A model generated the notes under the pieces. That model was not told the origin of the DNA, did not search any database, and saw nothing but the letters and a program-made list of their open reading frames with translations. A DNA stretch of 64,000 bases from Pedobacter sp. (GTDB taxonomy: Bacteria > Desulfobacterota > Desulfuromonadia > Desulfuromonadales > Syntrophotaleaceae): contig JBFWJC010000003.1 of NCBI GenBank assembly GCA_050253415.1, positions 224,001 to 288,000 on the forward strand. The letters are read 5' to 3'. The translations under genes were made by a program, and so were the position numbers. Shown here one piece after another: positions 21,862 to 32,438 of the stretch (positions are counted from its first letter, which is position 1; each line of letters starts with the position of its first letter).

Positions 21862-23826
21862 ATGGCAGTTCAAAGCGAAGTTTCTGCGGCCGATCGCAAG
21901 ATCGTGCTGGTTGGTAATCCGAACGTCGGCAAGAGTGTTCTTTTTAACGCCCTGACGGGGGCTTATACAGTCGTATCGAACTATCCCGGCACCTCGGTCG
22001 AGGTTTCTCGTGGAAACTGTGACATTGAAGGTGTTTCTTACGAGGTGCTTGATACGCCCGGGATGTATTCCCTGTTGCCCATTACCGAAGAAGAGCGGGT
22101 CGCCCGGGAAATTCTCCTGCAGGAAAAAGCGCATGTGGTTGTTCATGTGATCGATGCGCGCAATCTCGAACGCATGCTGCCCATGACCTTGCAGCTTGTG
22201 GAAGCCGGTCTGCCGGTTGTGCTTCTGATTAACATCCTTGACGAGGCTGAACGCAAGGGGATGCGTATCGATATCCCTTTGTTGCAGGAAAAGCTTGGCA
22301 TCCCAGTGATAGGCGGTGCTATGGCGAGAAAGCGTGGTCTGCCTGAATTACGTCAGGCCATCGCCGCATATAATCCCGAGGTCAAGGCCGTATTCGGATA
22401 TTCGCGGGAGCTTGAAAGGGATATCGCCAAAGTTTCGCAGCACTTGGCCGGTGATTATACGCTAATCCCAAGATCGATTGCCCTGCTTTTGCTGCAAAAA
22501 GATGAAGATGCCTGGAAATTGATCGCTAAGGCGGAAGATGGCAATCTGCAGGCCATTGAGCAAGCGGTCAGCGATACCGTTTTTGAACGGCGAATGGATC
22601 TTAATCTTCGCATCAGCCTTGAGCGTAAGCGGATATGTCGCGCAATTCTCGAGGAGGTTATCCATCAGCAGACGGACCGCAAGCCGACTTTTTTTGAAAA
22701 ATTGGCGGAATGGACTATCAATCCCTGGACCGGGTTTCCCTTGTTGGTAGCCGTCCTGTATTTTGGAATTTATGTTTTTGTCGGCAAGTTCGGCGCCGGT
22801 ACGCTGGTTGACCTGCTTGAGGGTGGAGTGTTTGAAAAATTTCTCAACCCCTGGGTGATCGATCTTGTGCACCGATTGACCCCCTGGTTCTGGTTGCAAG
22901 AACTGCTGGTGGGTGAATACGGTGTTTTTACCCTGGGGGTACGCTATGCCGTGGCTCTGGTGCTGCCCATCGTCGGAACCTTTTTTCTGGCGTTTTCCAT
23001 AATGGAGGATGTCGGTTATTTCCCGCGATTGGCCATGCTTGTCGACCGGGTTTTTAAAAAAATCGGACTTAATGGTCGTGCGGTGATTCCGATGGTGCTG
23101 GGCTTCGGGTGCGATACCATGGCCACCATGGTCACTCGAACTCTTGAAACTGTACGTGAACGGATTATCGTGACCCTGCTGCTGGCTTTGGCGGTTCCCT
23201 GCAGTGCGCAACTTGGTGTCATTATGGGCTTGTTGTCCGGCGTGCCGGGGGCATTGCCGGTATGGATATTGTGTGTGACCCTGGTGTTTCTGACCGTTGG
23301 GCTGCTTTCGGCGCGGCTTCTACCTGGTGAGCGTCCAATGTTTTATATGGAACTCCCTCCTATGCGACTGCCCCAGGCACGCAACGTATTGATCAAAACC
23401 ATCAGTCGTATGCAATGGTATTTCCTGGAGATCTTTCCCCTATTCATTTTTGCATCGGTGTTGCTTTGGGCCGGTAAAATGACCGGTGCGCTCAATGCCC
23501 TTGTGCGGGTCATGGCTCCACCCATTACTGCTTTAGGGCTTCCTGCCAAAGCCACGGCTGCATTCATTTTCGGCTTTTTCCGGCGTGATTTCGGTGCCGC
23601 AGGCCTTTATGACATGCATGCGCAAGGCTTGCTGTCTCCCCGGCAATTAACCGTAGCCGCTGTCACCATGACCCTGTTTGTGCCTTGTATCGCTCAGTTT
23701 CTTATGATGAAAAAAGAACGGGGCTGGAAGGTATCTTTAGGCATATTCCTGATGGTTACGCTGCTGGCCTTTGCAGTCGGGTGGTGTCTTAATATCGTGC
23801 TTAGTTTTACAGGGTGGCTGATGTGA
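21862..23826 (+). CDS. feoB: Ferrous iron transport protein B
   Basis: GTPase motifs GNPNVGKS, NYPGTSVE, DTPG and NILD; gate motifs LGFGC, PCSA and MELP. Confidence 0.95.
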   Translation: MAVQSEVSAADRKIVLVGNPNVGKSVLFNALTGAYTVVSNYPGTSVEVSRGNCDIEGVSYEVLDTPGMYSLLPITEEERVAREILLQEKAHVVVHVIDARNLERMLPMTLQLVEAGLPVVLLINILDEAERKGMRIDIPLLQEKLGIPVIGGAMARKRGLPELRQAIAAYNPEVKAVFGYSRELERDIAKVSQHLAGDYTLIPRSIALLLLQKDEDAWKLIAKAEDGNLQAIEQAVSDTVFERRMDLNLRISLERKRICRAILEEVIHQQTDRKPTFFEKLAEWTINPWTGFPLLVAVLYFGIYVFVGKFGAGTLVDLLEGGVFEKFLNPWVIDLVHRLTPWFWLQELLVGEYGVFTLGVRYAVALVLPIVGTFFLAFSIMEDVGYFPRLAMLVDRVFKKIGLNGRAVIPMVLGFGCDTMATMVTRTLETVRERIIVTLLLALAVPCSAQLGVIMGLLSGVPGALPVWILCVTLVFLTVGLLSARLLPGERPMFYMELPPMRLPQARNVLIKTISRMQWYFLEIFPLFIFASVLLWAGKMTGALNALVRVMAPPITALGLPAKATAAFIFGFFRRDFGAAGLYDMHAQGLLSPRQLTVAAVTMTLFVPCIAQFLMMKKERGWKVSLGIFLMVTLLAFAVGWCLNIVLSFTGWLM

Positions 23827-24005
23827 AATGTGGCTTTTGTGGCCGGACTCTTCCGGCGTCCCAAGAGTTGCGGCAAAAACCTTGCGGAGCATGTCTGGGG
23901 GGGTGTCGTAAAATTCACTGCCCCTGGTGTGGATATGAAAACCCTGTGGTTCCCGGCCTGTTGCGGCGATGGAAAAAGGACGACAAGTCCAAGGAGAACG
24001 AATAA
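23814..24005 (+). CDS. Small Cys-rich protein (7 Cys), putative Zn or Fe-S binding
   Basis: CGFC...CGACLGGC....CPWC; fills the gap exactly, overlapping the feoB end and sharing TAATG with the next gene. Start is GTG 23814 or GTG 23823. Confidence 0.72.
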   Translation: MADVKCGFCGRTLPASQELRQKPCGACLGGCRKIHCPWCGYENPVVPGLLRRWKKDDKSKENE

Positions 24006-24661
24006 TGGAACACTCGGAACGGGCCGAAGATATTCTCGAAGCCGTTTGGATAGCAGTAGTCGAAGAAGGGGATAACTCAGCCTCTCTTGAGGCTTTGGAT
24101 ATAGACGCTAACGATCCGGCATTATTGGCGCTGGATCGAAAGGCCCTGATTGAGCTTAAAGGCGAGCGCGTTTATCTGCGCTCGGAAGGACGCATAGCCG
24201 GTGAAAAAGTTGTTCGTCGGCACCGTCTGGCGGAGCGGTTGATGATGGACATCCTGGATCTCAAGGGCAGCAATGCCAATGCCAAGGCTTGCGAATTTGA
24301 GCATTTGCTTAATGAAGGGGTCGATACCCGTATCTGTACGCTATTGAATCATCCTACTACCTGCCCCCACGGTCGGCCGATTCCGCCTGGAGACTGCTGC
24401 CGTGCGGCACGAAGTTCAGCGGTTACCGGCGTGGTGCCACTTACCGAAATGAAGGTGGGTGATGCAGGAGAAATTGCCTATTTGACCACCAGCGATACCA
24501 GAACCATGCAAAAGCTCATGTCCCTTGGTGTATTGCCAGGGAATCATATCCGGCTGAACCGTCGGTTTCCCTCGTATATTTTTCATGTTGGGAATTCGGA
24601 GTTTGCCGTTGATGAACAATTGGCGCGGGAAATTTTTGTTCGCACCGAAGATACTGATTAA
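24005..24661 (+). CDS. ideR: DtxR/IdeR-family metal-dependent regulator with C-terminal FeoA domain
   Basis: Motifs RRHRLAERL, ACEFEH and HPTTCPHGRPIP; FeoA-like region KLMSLGVLPG. Confidence 0.88.
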   Translation: MEHSERAEDILEAVWIAVVEEGDNSASLEALDIDANDPALLALDRKALIELKGERVYLRSEGRIAGEKVVRRHRLAERLMMDILDLKGSNANAKACEFEHLLNEGVDTRICTLLNHPTTCPHGRPIPPGDCCRAARSSAVTGVVPLTEMKVGDAGEIAYLTTSDTRTMQKLMSLGVLPGNHIRLNRRFPSYIFHVGNSEFAVDEQLAREIFVRTEDTD

Positions 24662-24687
24662 TGGCACGGTATTCTTATAGTGTTGTT

Positions 24688-24723
24688 AACGGCCCCGAAA
24701 CGAGCACAGGTTTCGGGGCCGTT
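24688..24723 (+). terminator. Strong hairpin ending the fur-feoB-ideR cluster
   Basis: aacggccccgaaac / gtttcggggccgtt 14-bp inverted repeat; weak U-tail. Confidence 0.65.
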
Positions 24724-24953
24724 GATGTATCAGGGGAAAGATTTAACAGGAATATAGTCTTTGTTTTGAATGATCAATTTGTTACTATTTTACGCTCTTG
24801 AAAAGCTCTTAATGCTGTATGCCAATTTGAATGCCTCTTTACCTGGAGGTGTCGGCACAACCCGGTGCTTTTAGTGGTGGTAATGAACTTCTGAACGTAT
24901 TTTTTACTTGCCTGGGCCTTCCTTAACCCTCGACTTAAAGAGGTAGTACGCGG

Positions 24954-27452
24954 ATGTTCGGATTTCGACACGCCACGCTTAAGAAAAAACTGACCGGCAT
25001 TATCATGCTGACCTGCGCCGTGGTTTTGGTCCTTGCCGCAGGAGCGTTCATGACCGTCGAAATCCTGTCTTTTCGAAGGAATATGGTGAGCTATACCTAT
25101 TCCCTCGCCGAGATACTGGCCGCCAACAGTTCTGTTGCTATAACTCTTCACAGTAAGCAGGTCGGCGAGCAGGTCATGTCGTCATTGCTCTCCGAACCCC
25201 ATATTCAAAACGCGTATCTTTTTGATAGGTTTAATCGGGTTATTTCTCAATTTCATCACCCCGAGGAAGGAAGCGCGGCACCAGGCCAATGGAGTGCGGC
25301 GGTTGATCGCACTACCTATCAGCAGATGGCTCTGGTGCTTGAAAATGGGCGCCGTAATCATTTTTTTGGTCCTGAATTCCTATCCGTCATTGTTCCTGTA
25401 CGCCATGCGGGAAAAACCATCGGCATGGTGTATATTCAGTCGGATCTTACTGCCTTCTACGCCTGGTTACGGTCTTTTGCCATCAGTGTGGCGGCCGTAT
25501 TGGCTGCGTCATGCCTTTTTGGATATTTTGTGGCCGGCCATTTACAATATTTGATTTCGTCCCCCATTTTGCATCTTGCCGATAAGATGCGTCAGGTTTC
25601 AGGTAACGAAGATTTTTCCTTGCGCGTCACCAAAATCGCTTCTGACGAGGTCGGTGTTCTCTTTGATGGATTCAATAACATGCTTGAACAGCTTGCCTCT
25701 CGTGACAAGCAGCTGGAATGCTATCGATACCATCTGGAGGAACAGGTATCCATTCGGACGCAGGAGCTGATTGAAACCAATGAAGAACTTCATCAGACCG
25801 TCGACCAGCTGGCCCAGGCAAGACTAGCTGCCGAGTCTGCAAGCCTTGCCAAATCGCGCTTCGTTGCGAATATGAGCCATGAAATCCGCACACCTATGAT
25901 CGGGGTTATTGGCGTTGCAGAGCTTTTATTGAAGACGCAATTGAGCACTGAACAGGCGGAACTGGCACAAATGATTCTCAGCTCCGGCGATTCGCTGCTT
26001 AAAGTGCTTAATGATGTGCTGGATTTTTCTAAAATCGAGGCCGGGCATCTTGGGTTGGAGAAGATTCCTTTAAACCTGATCGAGGTTGTCGAAGAACCTC
26101 TGACCCTGTTGGCTAAAAGTGCTCAGGATAAAGGTGTTGAGTTGATTTTACGCGTCGATCCGGGCACTCCCGTCTCTTTGATAGGTGATCCGGCGCGTAT
26201 CCGGCAGATTGTTTTTAACCTGGTTGGTAATGCGGTAAAATTCACACCGAAGGGGCAAGTGGTCGTTCGCGTTGGTTGCCGGGACGAGAATTGCTCCAGT
26301 GCACTGATCTTTATGGAGGTTAAAGACAGCGGTATAGGGATTGACCCGGAGGCACAAAGTGCCATTTTTGAATCTTTTTCGCAGGCCGATAGTTCGACAA
26401 CGCGTCATTTTGGAGGGACAGGGCTGGGGCTTGCCATCGTCAAACAGTTGCTGGAACTTATGGGGGGGCATATCCACCTGGAAAGCGCTGTCAACGAAGG
26501 GGCTGTTTTTACCTGTACCGTTCGCTTCAATAAACATGAGGATATCCGTTGGCCCGAGGGGATGTTGTCGCATTCCCAGCAAGGGGCAAGAGTTCTGGTC
26601 GTTGCTTCTCATCGTGGTGTTCTGGAAATGCTTGCTGAACAATTGGGAGCTATGAACCTTCTGGCCGATACGGTTCTTACCGCTGAAGAAGCTTGCAAAC
26701 AATTGTCACAGGAGGCTCTAAAGGATAATAAATATAAGTTGGTTTTAGTAGATGATGGAATGCTTGGATCAAGTGGTTTGCTTCAACAAAAGCAAAAAGA
26801 ATCCTATTTATGGGGCTGTCGTTGGGTCATGATGGCGCCTCGTACCTACCTTTCAGGAAAGCAAAACCCTGGTACCGTGCAGGGGGTTTTGGATAAACCG
26901 GTAAGACCATCGCGTTTACTATCTGTTGTCCTTGACGTAATGGATACGCCAAACGGGTCGCCGCCTGTCTCGACCTGCCCAGAACAAAAATCTCAAATTG
27001 ACAGTGGATCTGTATCCCCTGTCACCAGGATTTTGGTGGCGGAGGATAATCCCACTACGCGTCGTATGCTGGCCATTAGCCTTAAAAGCCGTAATTGCGA
27101 TGTCGTACCTGCTGAAAATGGTCAGCAGGCTGTTGACCTGGCATTGGAAAAAACATTTGATTTGATCCTCATGGATTGTCAGATGCCTGTTATGGACGGC
27201 TATCAGGCAGTTACTCAGTTGCGTAAGGCTGGTATCAATACACCTGTGATAGCCATGACTGCGCATTCCCAGAGCGAAGTCGGTAACCTTTGCCAACAGG
27301 TCGGCATGGACGATTATCTTGCCAAGCCATTTAAACACAGCCATTTGTACCGTCTCATCGACAAGTGGGTTAAACTGCCGTCCTCGGAATCTGGCAAGAT
27401 GAGTTCCGATGATTTTAACGACGCATTGGTTTGCCATGTATCTGAAGACTAA
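24954..27452 (+). CDS. Hybrid sensor histidine kinase (periplasmic CHASE8-like sensor, HAMP, HisKA, HATPase, two receivers)
   Basis: Two TM segments; motifs [29 protein letters not shown] and GGTGLGL. The first receiver is degenerate; the second is intact (AEDN, LMDCQMP, AKP). Confidence 0.93.
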   Translation: MFGFRHATLKKKLTGIIMLTCAVVLVLAAGAFMTVEILSFRRNMVSYTYSLAEILAANSSVAITLHSKQVGEQVMSSLLSEPHIQNAYLFDRFNRVISQFHHPEEGSAAPGQWSAAVDRTTYQQMALVLENGRRNHFFGPEFLSVIVPVRHAGKTIGMVYIQSDLTAFYAWLRSFAISVAAVLAASCLFGYFVAGHLQYLISSPILHLADKMRQVSGNEDFSLRVTKIASDEVGVLFDGFNNMLEQLASRDKQLECYRYHLEEQVSIRTQELIETNEELHQTVDQLAQARLAAESASLAKSRFVANMSHEIRTPMIGVIGVAELLLKTQLSTEQAELAQMILSSGDSLLKVLNDVLDFSKIEAGHLGLEKIPLNLIEVVEEPLTLLAKSAQDKGVELILRVDPGTPVSLIGDPARIRQIVFNLVGNAVKFTPKGQVVVRVGCRDENCSSALIFMEVKDSGIGIDPEAQSAIFESFSQADSSTTRHFGGTGLGLAIVKQLLELMGGHIHLESAVNEGAVFTCTVRFNKHEDIRWPEGMLSHSQQGARVLVVASHRGVLEMLAEQLGAMNLLADTVLTAEEACKQLSQEALKDNKYKLVLVDDGMLGSSGLLQQKQKESYLWGCRWVMMAPRTYLSGKQNPGTVQGVLDKPVRPSRLLSVVLDVMDTPNGSPPVSTCPEQKSQIDSGSVSPVTRILVAEDNPTTRRMLAISLKSRNCDVVPAENGQQAVDLALEKTFDLILMDCQMPVMDGYQAVTQLRKAGINTPVIAMTAHSQSEVGNLCQQVGMDDYLAKPFKHSHLYRLIDKWVKLPSSESGKMSSDDFNDALVCHVSED

Positions 27453-29577
27453 AAGACTGCCTATTGTAATTGGTTTCTGCGCCTTATCCTGTCTGGTATT
27501 CGTGACGTTTTTGTTGCTGAGCATCTTTAAAACGCCCCCTCCCCAAAACGATTTTAGCGTAGGTTCTGTCACTTCGAATGTCGATAATGCCAATGATGGA
27601 TGTTTGTTGACACTTGGCGGTAACTGTTTTCCTGAAGATCTTCAGGCATATTTAAATTTGGATATCGGTAATCGATTTTCTATTGTTGGTAATATGCCGA
27701 GTTGGGGTTTTGCAAAAAGTGTCGTCGTTCGAGGCAATCTGGGTTTCATTTCAGATATGGTGCGAGGCTTTCAAATTGTTGATTTAACCGATGTTGCGCG
27801 ACCTGCAATCATCGGATCGTTGCCCATTCCTGGTCGAGCCTGGGACATGGCCGTACAGGATGATCGCGTTTATATAGCTGCTGATCATGGCGGCATTCAG
27901 GTTGTTTCGGTCCGCGATCCTGCACATCCCCAAATTATTGCCTCTGTAAATACGCCAGGAACGGCTAGTGACATATTGGTTGAAGGCGCTGTTGCTTATG
28001 TGGCCGATGGAGAGGGGGGCGTTCATATCGTTGATCTGCGCCATAAACCTCGCATTGTGGCTACGGTAGCGACCGGCGGGATGGCATCCGCTCTATGGAA
28101 GGATGGCGAGTATCTCTATGTAGCCGGTGGCCGGGCAGGTATGCAGGTTATTTATTGTGATGGAAAAAAAGTGCCGCGTCTGGTCGCGACAGTAGACACG
28201 CCGGGGAATGCTGACAGTGTTACCGTCGTTCGGCAAAAGGCTTATGTTGCTGATCGAAAAGGCGGCATTCAGATTATTTCTGTGGAACAACCCATGGCCC
28301 CGAGACATGTTGCCAGTGTAGCTACCATGGGTAGTGCCCGCAACGCCAAATGGATTGACGGAAATTTGTGGGTGGCTGCGGATCAGGGAGGCGTGCAGAT
28401 TTTTACGCCAGATGGCGACGAGAACCTGCGTCCTCTGGGAATAGTCAGCACCCCTGGGCTGGCTTGGGATGTGTCAGCTTTCAATCAGTACGTGGTGGTG
28501 GCGGCCGGCAAAAGTGGCTTACAGATTATCGGTAAGGGATGCCTCTCCCGCCTGGCCAAGCTCAAAGCATTGGATCTGCCAGGGGTTGCCCAGGGTCTTG
28601 CTGACAAAGACGGCCGAATTCTGGTGGCTGGAGGCCGGTCCGGATTGCAAATCCTTACCAATTCTCCTGAGAGCCTTCGCTTGGCTTATGCCGTTGATAC
28701 CCCTGGCAAAGCTGTTGATGTCGTGGTCGGAGAAGACCGGGTATTTGTGGCCGATGGTTTGGGTGGCGTGCACAATGTTGTGTTAGGCAAGGACAGTGGC
28801 CATATTGCAGATACGATCCACTTGAAAGGTAACCTGAAAAGGGTGGCTTACAGTCGGCAAAAGCTTTATGCGGGAGGCTTGCATGGAGACCTGCATATCG
28901 TTGAGGCCAAGCCTCATGGAAAAATGAAGCTACTGAGTTCGCTTTCGGTACCAAAACCGCTTTATGATATTGCCGTCAGGAACGACTACGCCTATCTGGC
29001 TTGCGGTACTAACGGTACTTTTATTGTTGATATTCATAATCCGGTACAGCCGACGCTCGTTGGTAAAGTGGAGGTTCCGGATTATCTTCTGCCTTTTGAT
29101 TGCTCCACATCGCTGACCGTGACCGGGAAACAGCTTTACGTTGCCAATGGTCGTGCCGGCATTCAGGTTTACGATTTAACCCATGCCCAGTCGCCTCTTT
29201 TGGTTGGTTCGATCAATACCCTGGGCAATGCCATCTCGCTGGTAGTATCCGGAAATCAGGTGTACGTAGCAAACTTTCCCACGGGGATGCAAATGATTAA
29301 TTGTCAGGATCCCGATAGTTTGCAGATGATAGGAGCTTTGGGCGTCAATGTTAAAGCCAAAGGCATGGTGGTGATTGGTGACGAATTGTTTGCATCGACA
29401 AATTTGGGAGGGGTGGTAGCCGTACCGCTACCTTTTAAAGTGCCAAGGGTTAAACGGCATGGAGCTGAACGACTGGATGTTTCGGTTCCTCCTCTGGCTA
29501 CGAAGGGGTATTATTCGCTGTCGCTTTCTGATGGCCAGCAAACTCTTGTACTGCCAGATATTGTCGTTTCCAAATGA
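27436..29577 (+). CDS. Membrane-anchored LVIVD-repeat (beta-propeller) protein
   Basis: N-terminal TM helix; 14 repeats of about 41 aa of the type TPG.A.DV.V.G..AYVA.G..G.QI.D; overlaps the kinase stop by 17 nt. Confidence 0.88.
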   Translation: MYLKTKRLPIVIGFCALSCLVFVTFLLLSIFKTPPPQNDFSVGSVTSNVDNANDGCLLTLGGNCFPEDLQAYLNLDIGNRFSIVGNMPSWGFAKSVVVRGNLGFISDMVRGFQIVDLTDVARPAIIGSLPIPGRAWDMAVQDDRVYIAADHGGIQVVSVRDPAHPQIIASVNTPGTASDILVEGAVAYVADGEGGVHIVDLRHKPRIVATVATGGMASALWKDGEYLYVAGGRAGMQVIYCDGKKVPRLVATVDTPGNADSVTVVRQKAYVADRKGGIQIISVEQPMAPRHVASVATMGSARNAKWIDGNLWVAADQGGVQIFTPDGDENLRPLGIVSTPGLAWDVSAFNQYVVVAAGKSGLQIIGKGCLSRLAKLKALDLPGVAQGLADKDGRILVAGGRSGLQILTNSPESLRLAYAVDTPGKAVDVVVGEDRVFVADGLGGVHNVVLGKDSGHIADTIHLKGNLKRVAYSRQKLYAGGLHGDLHIVEAKPHGKMKLLSSLSVPKPLYDIAVRNDYAYLACGTNGTFIVDIHNPVQPTLVGKVEVPDYLLPFDCSTSLTVTGKQLYVANGRAGIQVYDLTHAQSPLLVGSINTLGNAISLVVSGNQVYVANFPTGMQMINCQDPDSLQMIGALGVNVKAKGMVVIGDELFASTNLGGVVAVPLPFKVPRVKRHGAERLDVSVPPLATKGYYSLSLSDGQQTLVLPDIVVSK

Positions 29578-29712
29578 TAGCATCCTATACAATTTGATCG
29601 TCGCGGTTGGATTTTAAGACAACGCCCCTGGAAAGCTCTTTTTTCGCTTGCTGTAATTTTCGGTATGCATGACTGGTCAGGCTGAGGGTGGGGCCCTGAG
29701 TATTTGCTGAGG

Positions 29713-32052
29713 TCAGAAGAAATATTTTGCGCCAAGCCAGAACTGCCGGCCGAGTTCATATTCATTGTCTTCTTCACCACTTGCGGATTTTTTATTCAGT
29801 AAATTGAGGATTTCCAGGCTTAAAACAAACTCCTGCCTGGTCCAGGTTCGGGTGCGCCAATCGATTTTGCAATTGATAGTTGCCGCACCACCAAGTTTTG
29901 TTTTCTCGTAGATCGGAATACCGAGATCTGCATGGGTCTTCCCGGATTTCTGTAATGCCTGATAGCCGCTACGATATTTTATCAGGCTGCTGAAGGTAAC
30001 GTTATACGGAAGTTGCCCAACGTAGAGCACGTTGATCAGCCATGGACGATTAAAATCTTTCCTTGGTAATTGGCTCTTTGGAATGGCCTGACCGTTGTAC
30101 CAGACTTCCTCGTCGTTAAGCAAATCATCATACGATTCATTGCTGGAGTCGGTTTCCTGATAGGTACCGTTGACGTTCAGGTAATGGTTGTGCCATTGGC
30201 GTTCCCAGCTTATTCTGTAGCTTTCGTGGCGGCTGCGGCCATTGTTATTGAGGGTGTAATGCCAGAATCCGTCGGGTTGCTTGTCTCCTACTGATTTGGC
30301 AAATTCATTTTTCCCATCACGCTGTATATATTTAAAAATAGTCTTGCCGCCGAAAACCTCCTGTTCGATTCCGATAACGAATTCGTCTGCATAAGGTGTT
30401 TTTAAGGACTGGAAATCGGTGACTGTACTGGACATGCTTTTAAAAATCCATGTTCCGTCATCAAGTCGCGTTTCGTAATAGGTTGTCGGGACCTCCTCTC
30501 TCAGTTTGTAGGTTAATAGGTTGTTTGCATAATAACGATTGACCCCGGTCAGGAGCACTGTCCGGCCATTACCGAAAATGTCTAAGGCTGCAGCAAAACG
30601 AGGTGCCAGATTCAGGTTTCCCATGAAGTCGTCATACGATAGGCGCAGTCCGGGGCGCAATTCCAGCCGGCGGTAGCGCAGAATGTTTTCGGCATAAACA
30701 TTATATTGGCGCAGGGTGGCTTCGGCCTCGTGTTTTTCATAGACCGTGCGTCTGGCCGTTCCATTATCATAGAAAGAATATACATAGCTGGTACGGTCAC
30801 GGTTGGATGTTCCGTGAATGTGTTGAAAATCGACCCCGATGTTAAATTGATGGGAAACCGCTCCGGTTGAAGTCCGATGAAAATTCAAATCGGTTTTGTA
30901 TTGAAAGTTTTGCTGGGTTTTTTCGATATCCCCGGGGAACCCTTCAGTTTCCCAACTTCTGTCGGGGTTCTGGGTCAAAATCATATGAGGAGGGCCTTCA
31001 CGGGAATTTTCGCTTTCAGTGTAACCTGCCTGCACGTGCAGATCGGCAAAGGGAAGGGTGACTCGATAGTCTGCGTTGGCCATATATGCGCCGCCAAGGA
31101 TGGTTAAATCACTGTTTTTATAATCCTTTTTGAAGTATTTGCCCTCATAAGGGATATACGTCCAGGAGAGGTTAAGGTTTGATGACAGCGTCGGTTCGGT
31201 TGTGAGTTTTATAAAAAAAGTTTCCTTGCGTCGTCTCTGGTTCTGGGTTTCACCGAGATTTTTAAGGGGAATGGTAGCGAGCTGTAATTGGTACGCTGCC
31301 AATAGACGTATGTGTTTAGTGACAGGAATGTGGATGTCGAAACCGGCTTGATGTTTTTCAAACTTCGGTTGCAACGTATGCTTTCCCGAATTTTCGAAGT
31401 CGGATTTTTGGGATGGCGCTATATGGAATGCCGTCCAGGCATCGCGGGTGGTTCGATAAAAAAGACTTCCGCCGAATTCATCAGCCGGTTCAATCGTTGT
31501 TGCATGGACCACGCCTCCCTTGAAATCGCCATAACTGGCAGGCACATTGCTGTCGTAAAGGGTGATTTGATCGACCAGCGAGGCGTCCAGAAATATCTGC
31601 TGAGCATGCCCGGGCACATCGTTTAAAGCTAATGGATCATTGGCATCGGGATCGATCAGGCTGTTGTTGCTCAGGCCATCGATGAGGAAGTTGTTTTCAA
31701 AGCCCTTACCCCCTGAGATGGAAACGGCGGAAGGCAGGATTTCTCCCCCCTGTGTTGAGAGGTTAGAAGATTCGCTGAACTGGATATCAGGTAAAAAGGA
31801 AAGTATTTGGTTGATGCTACCGTTGCCGGAGGGGAAATTCTGAATGATGTGGCGATCGATAACATTTGCTGCATTTGTAAGAGGTTCGCGTAGACCATTA
31901 ACCATGACGGGCGGAAGCACTGTTGCCGCAGGTAGGGACGTCTCTTGGGGGACATTTTGACTGGTTTCTGAAGCCAGTGTGATGGAGACTGCTGACATCA
32001 TTACAAGCCAGGTAATCGCCAGCAATGCCACCAGATGCACAGGCAATCTCAT
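29713..32052 (-). CDS. TonB-dependent outer membrane receptor
   Basis: Signal-like segment, TonB-box-like LPPVMVNG, plug region (ENNFLIDG, YGDFKGGVV) and C-terminal barrel strand GRQFWLGAKYFF. Alternative start at 32148. Confidence 0.9.
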   Translation of the reverse strand: MRLPVHLVALLAITWLVMMSAVSITLASETSQNVPQETSLPAATVLPPVMVNGLREPLTNAANVIDRHIIQNFPSGNGSINQILSFLPDIQFSESSNLSTQGGEILPSAVSISGGKGFENNFLIDGLSNNSLIDPDANDPLALNDVPGHAQQIFLDASLVDQITLYDSNVPASYGDFKGGVVHATTIEPADEFGGSLFYRTTRDAWTAFHIAPSQKSDFENSGKHTLQPKFEKHQAGFDIHIPVTKHIRLLAAYQLQLATIPLKNLGETQNQRRRKETFFIKLTTEPTLSSNLNLSWTYIPYEGKYFKKDYKNSDLTILGGAYMANADYRVTLPFADLHVQAGYTESENSREGPPHMILTQNPDRSWETEGFPGDIEKTQQNFQYKTDLNFHRTSTGAVSHQFNIGVDFQHIHGTSNRDRTSYVYSFYDNGTARRTVYEKHEAEATLRQYNVYAENILRYRRLELRPGLRLSYDDFMGNLNLAPRFAAALDIFGNGRTVLLTGVNRYYANNLLTYKLREEVPTTYYETRLDDGTWIFKSMSSTVTDFQSLKTPYADEFVIGIEQEVFGGKTIFKYIQRDGKNEFAKSVGDKQPDGFWHYTLNNNGRSRHESYRISWERQWHNHYLNVNGTYQETDSSNESYDDLLNDEEVWYNGQAIPKSQLPRKDFNRPWLINVLYVGQLPYNVTFSSLIKYRSGYQALQKSGKTHADLGIPIYEKTKLGGAATINCKIDWRTRTWTRQEFVLSLEILNLLNKKSASGEEDNEYELGRQFWLGAKYFF

Positions 32053-32438
32053 TGACTGTTTGGCTGTCGCTTGCTTGTTCCGTCTTATCTGTTTTAAAGG
32101 TCCTTTGGCCAGAGGCTTGAGGAGCCCTATCTTGGTTAGTATAGTCATTGCTTTTTTTATAAGAAAGATGTGGGGAGGCTCCTAACCTGAATCTTTTAAC
32201 ATAAATATTGTCGTTAATGACAGGAAAATTCGTGAAAAAACAAACAGTTATATGCTGCTAATTAAGCGTTTGGCGGGTTTTTGGGGTTGAGCGCTCTTGA
32301 TGGTGTGATCGAGGATGATGAGGGAGGGAGACCTTCTTTTGTTTTTTTCTCTATACGCCCTAGCACCGTTCTTGACAAGCTCTGCCTGTTTTCTTACCCT
32401 ACGGACGAATTTTTACCTTGAAAGGACAATATCCGGCC

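Noticed and set aside
27650..29430. Repeats in the LVIVD gene as a DNA repeat or CRISPR array
   Set aside because: The repetition is visible only at protein level; there are no identical nucleotide direct repeats with spacers.
24724..32438. Kinase-LVIVD-TonB block as a mobile island
   Set aside because: No integrase, transposase, tRNA anchor or flanking direct repeats were seen; any compositional difference could not be quantified by eye.
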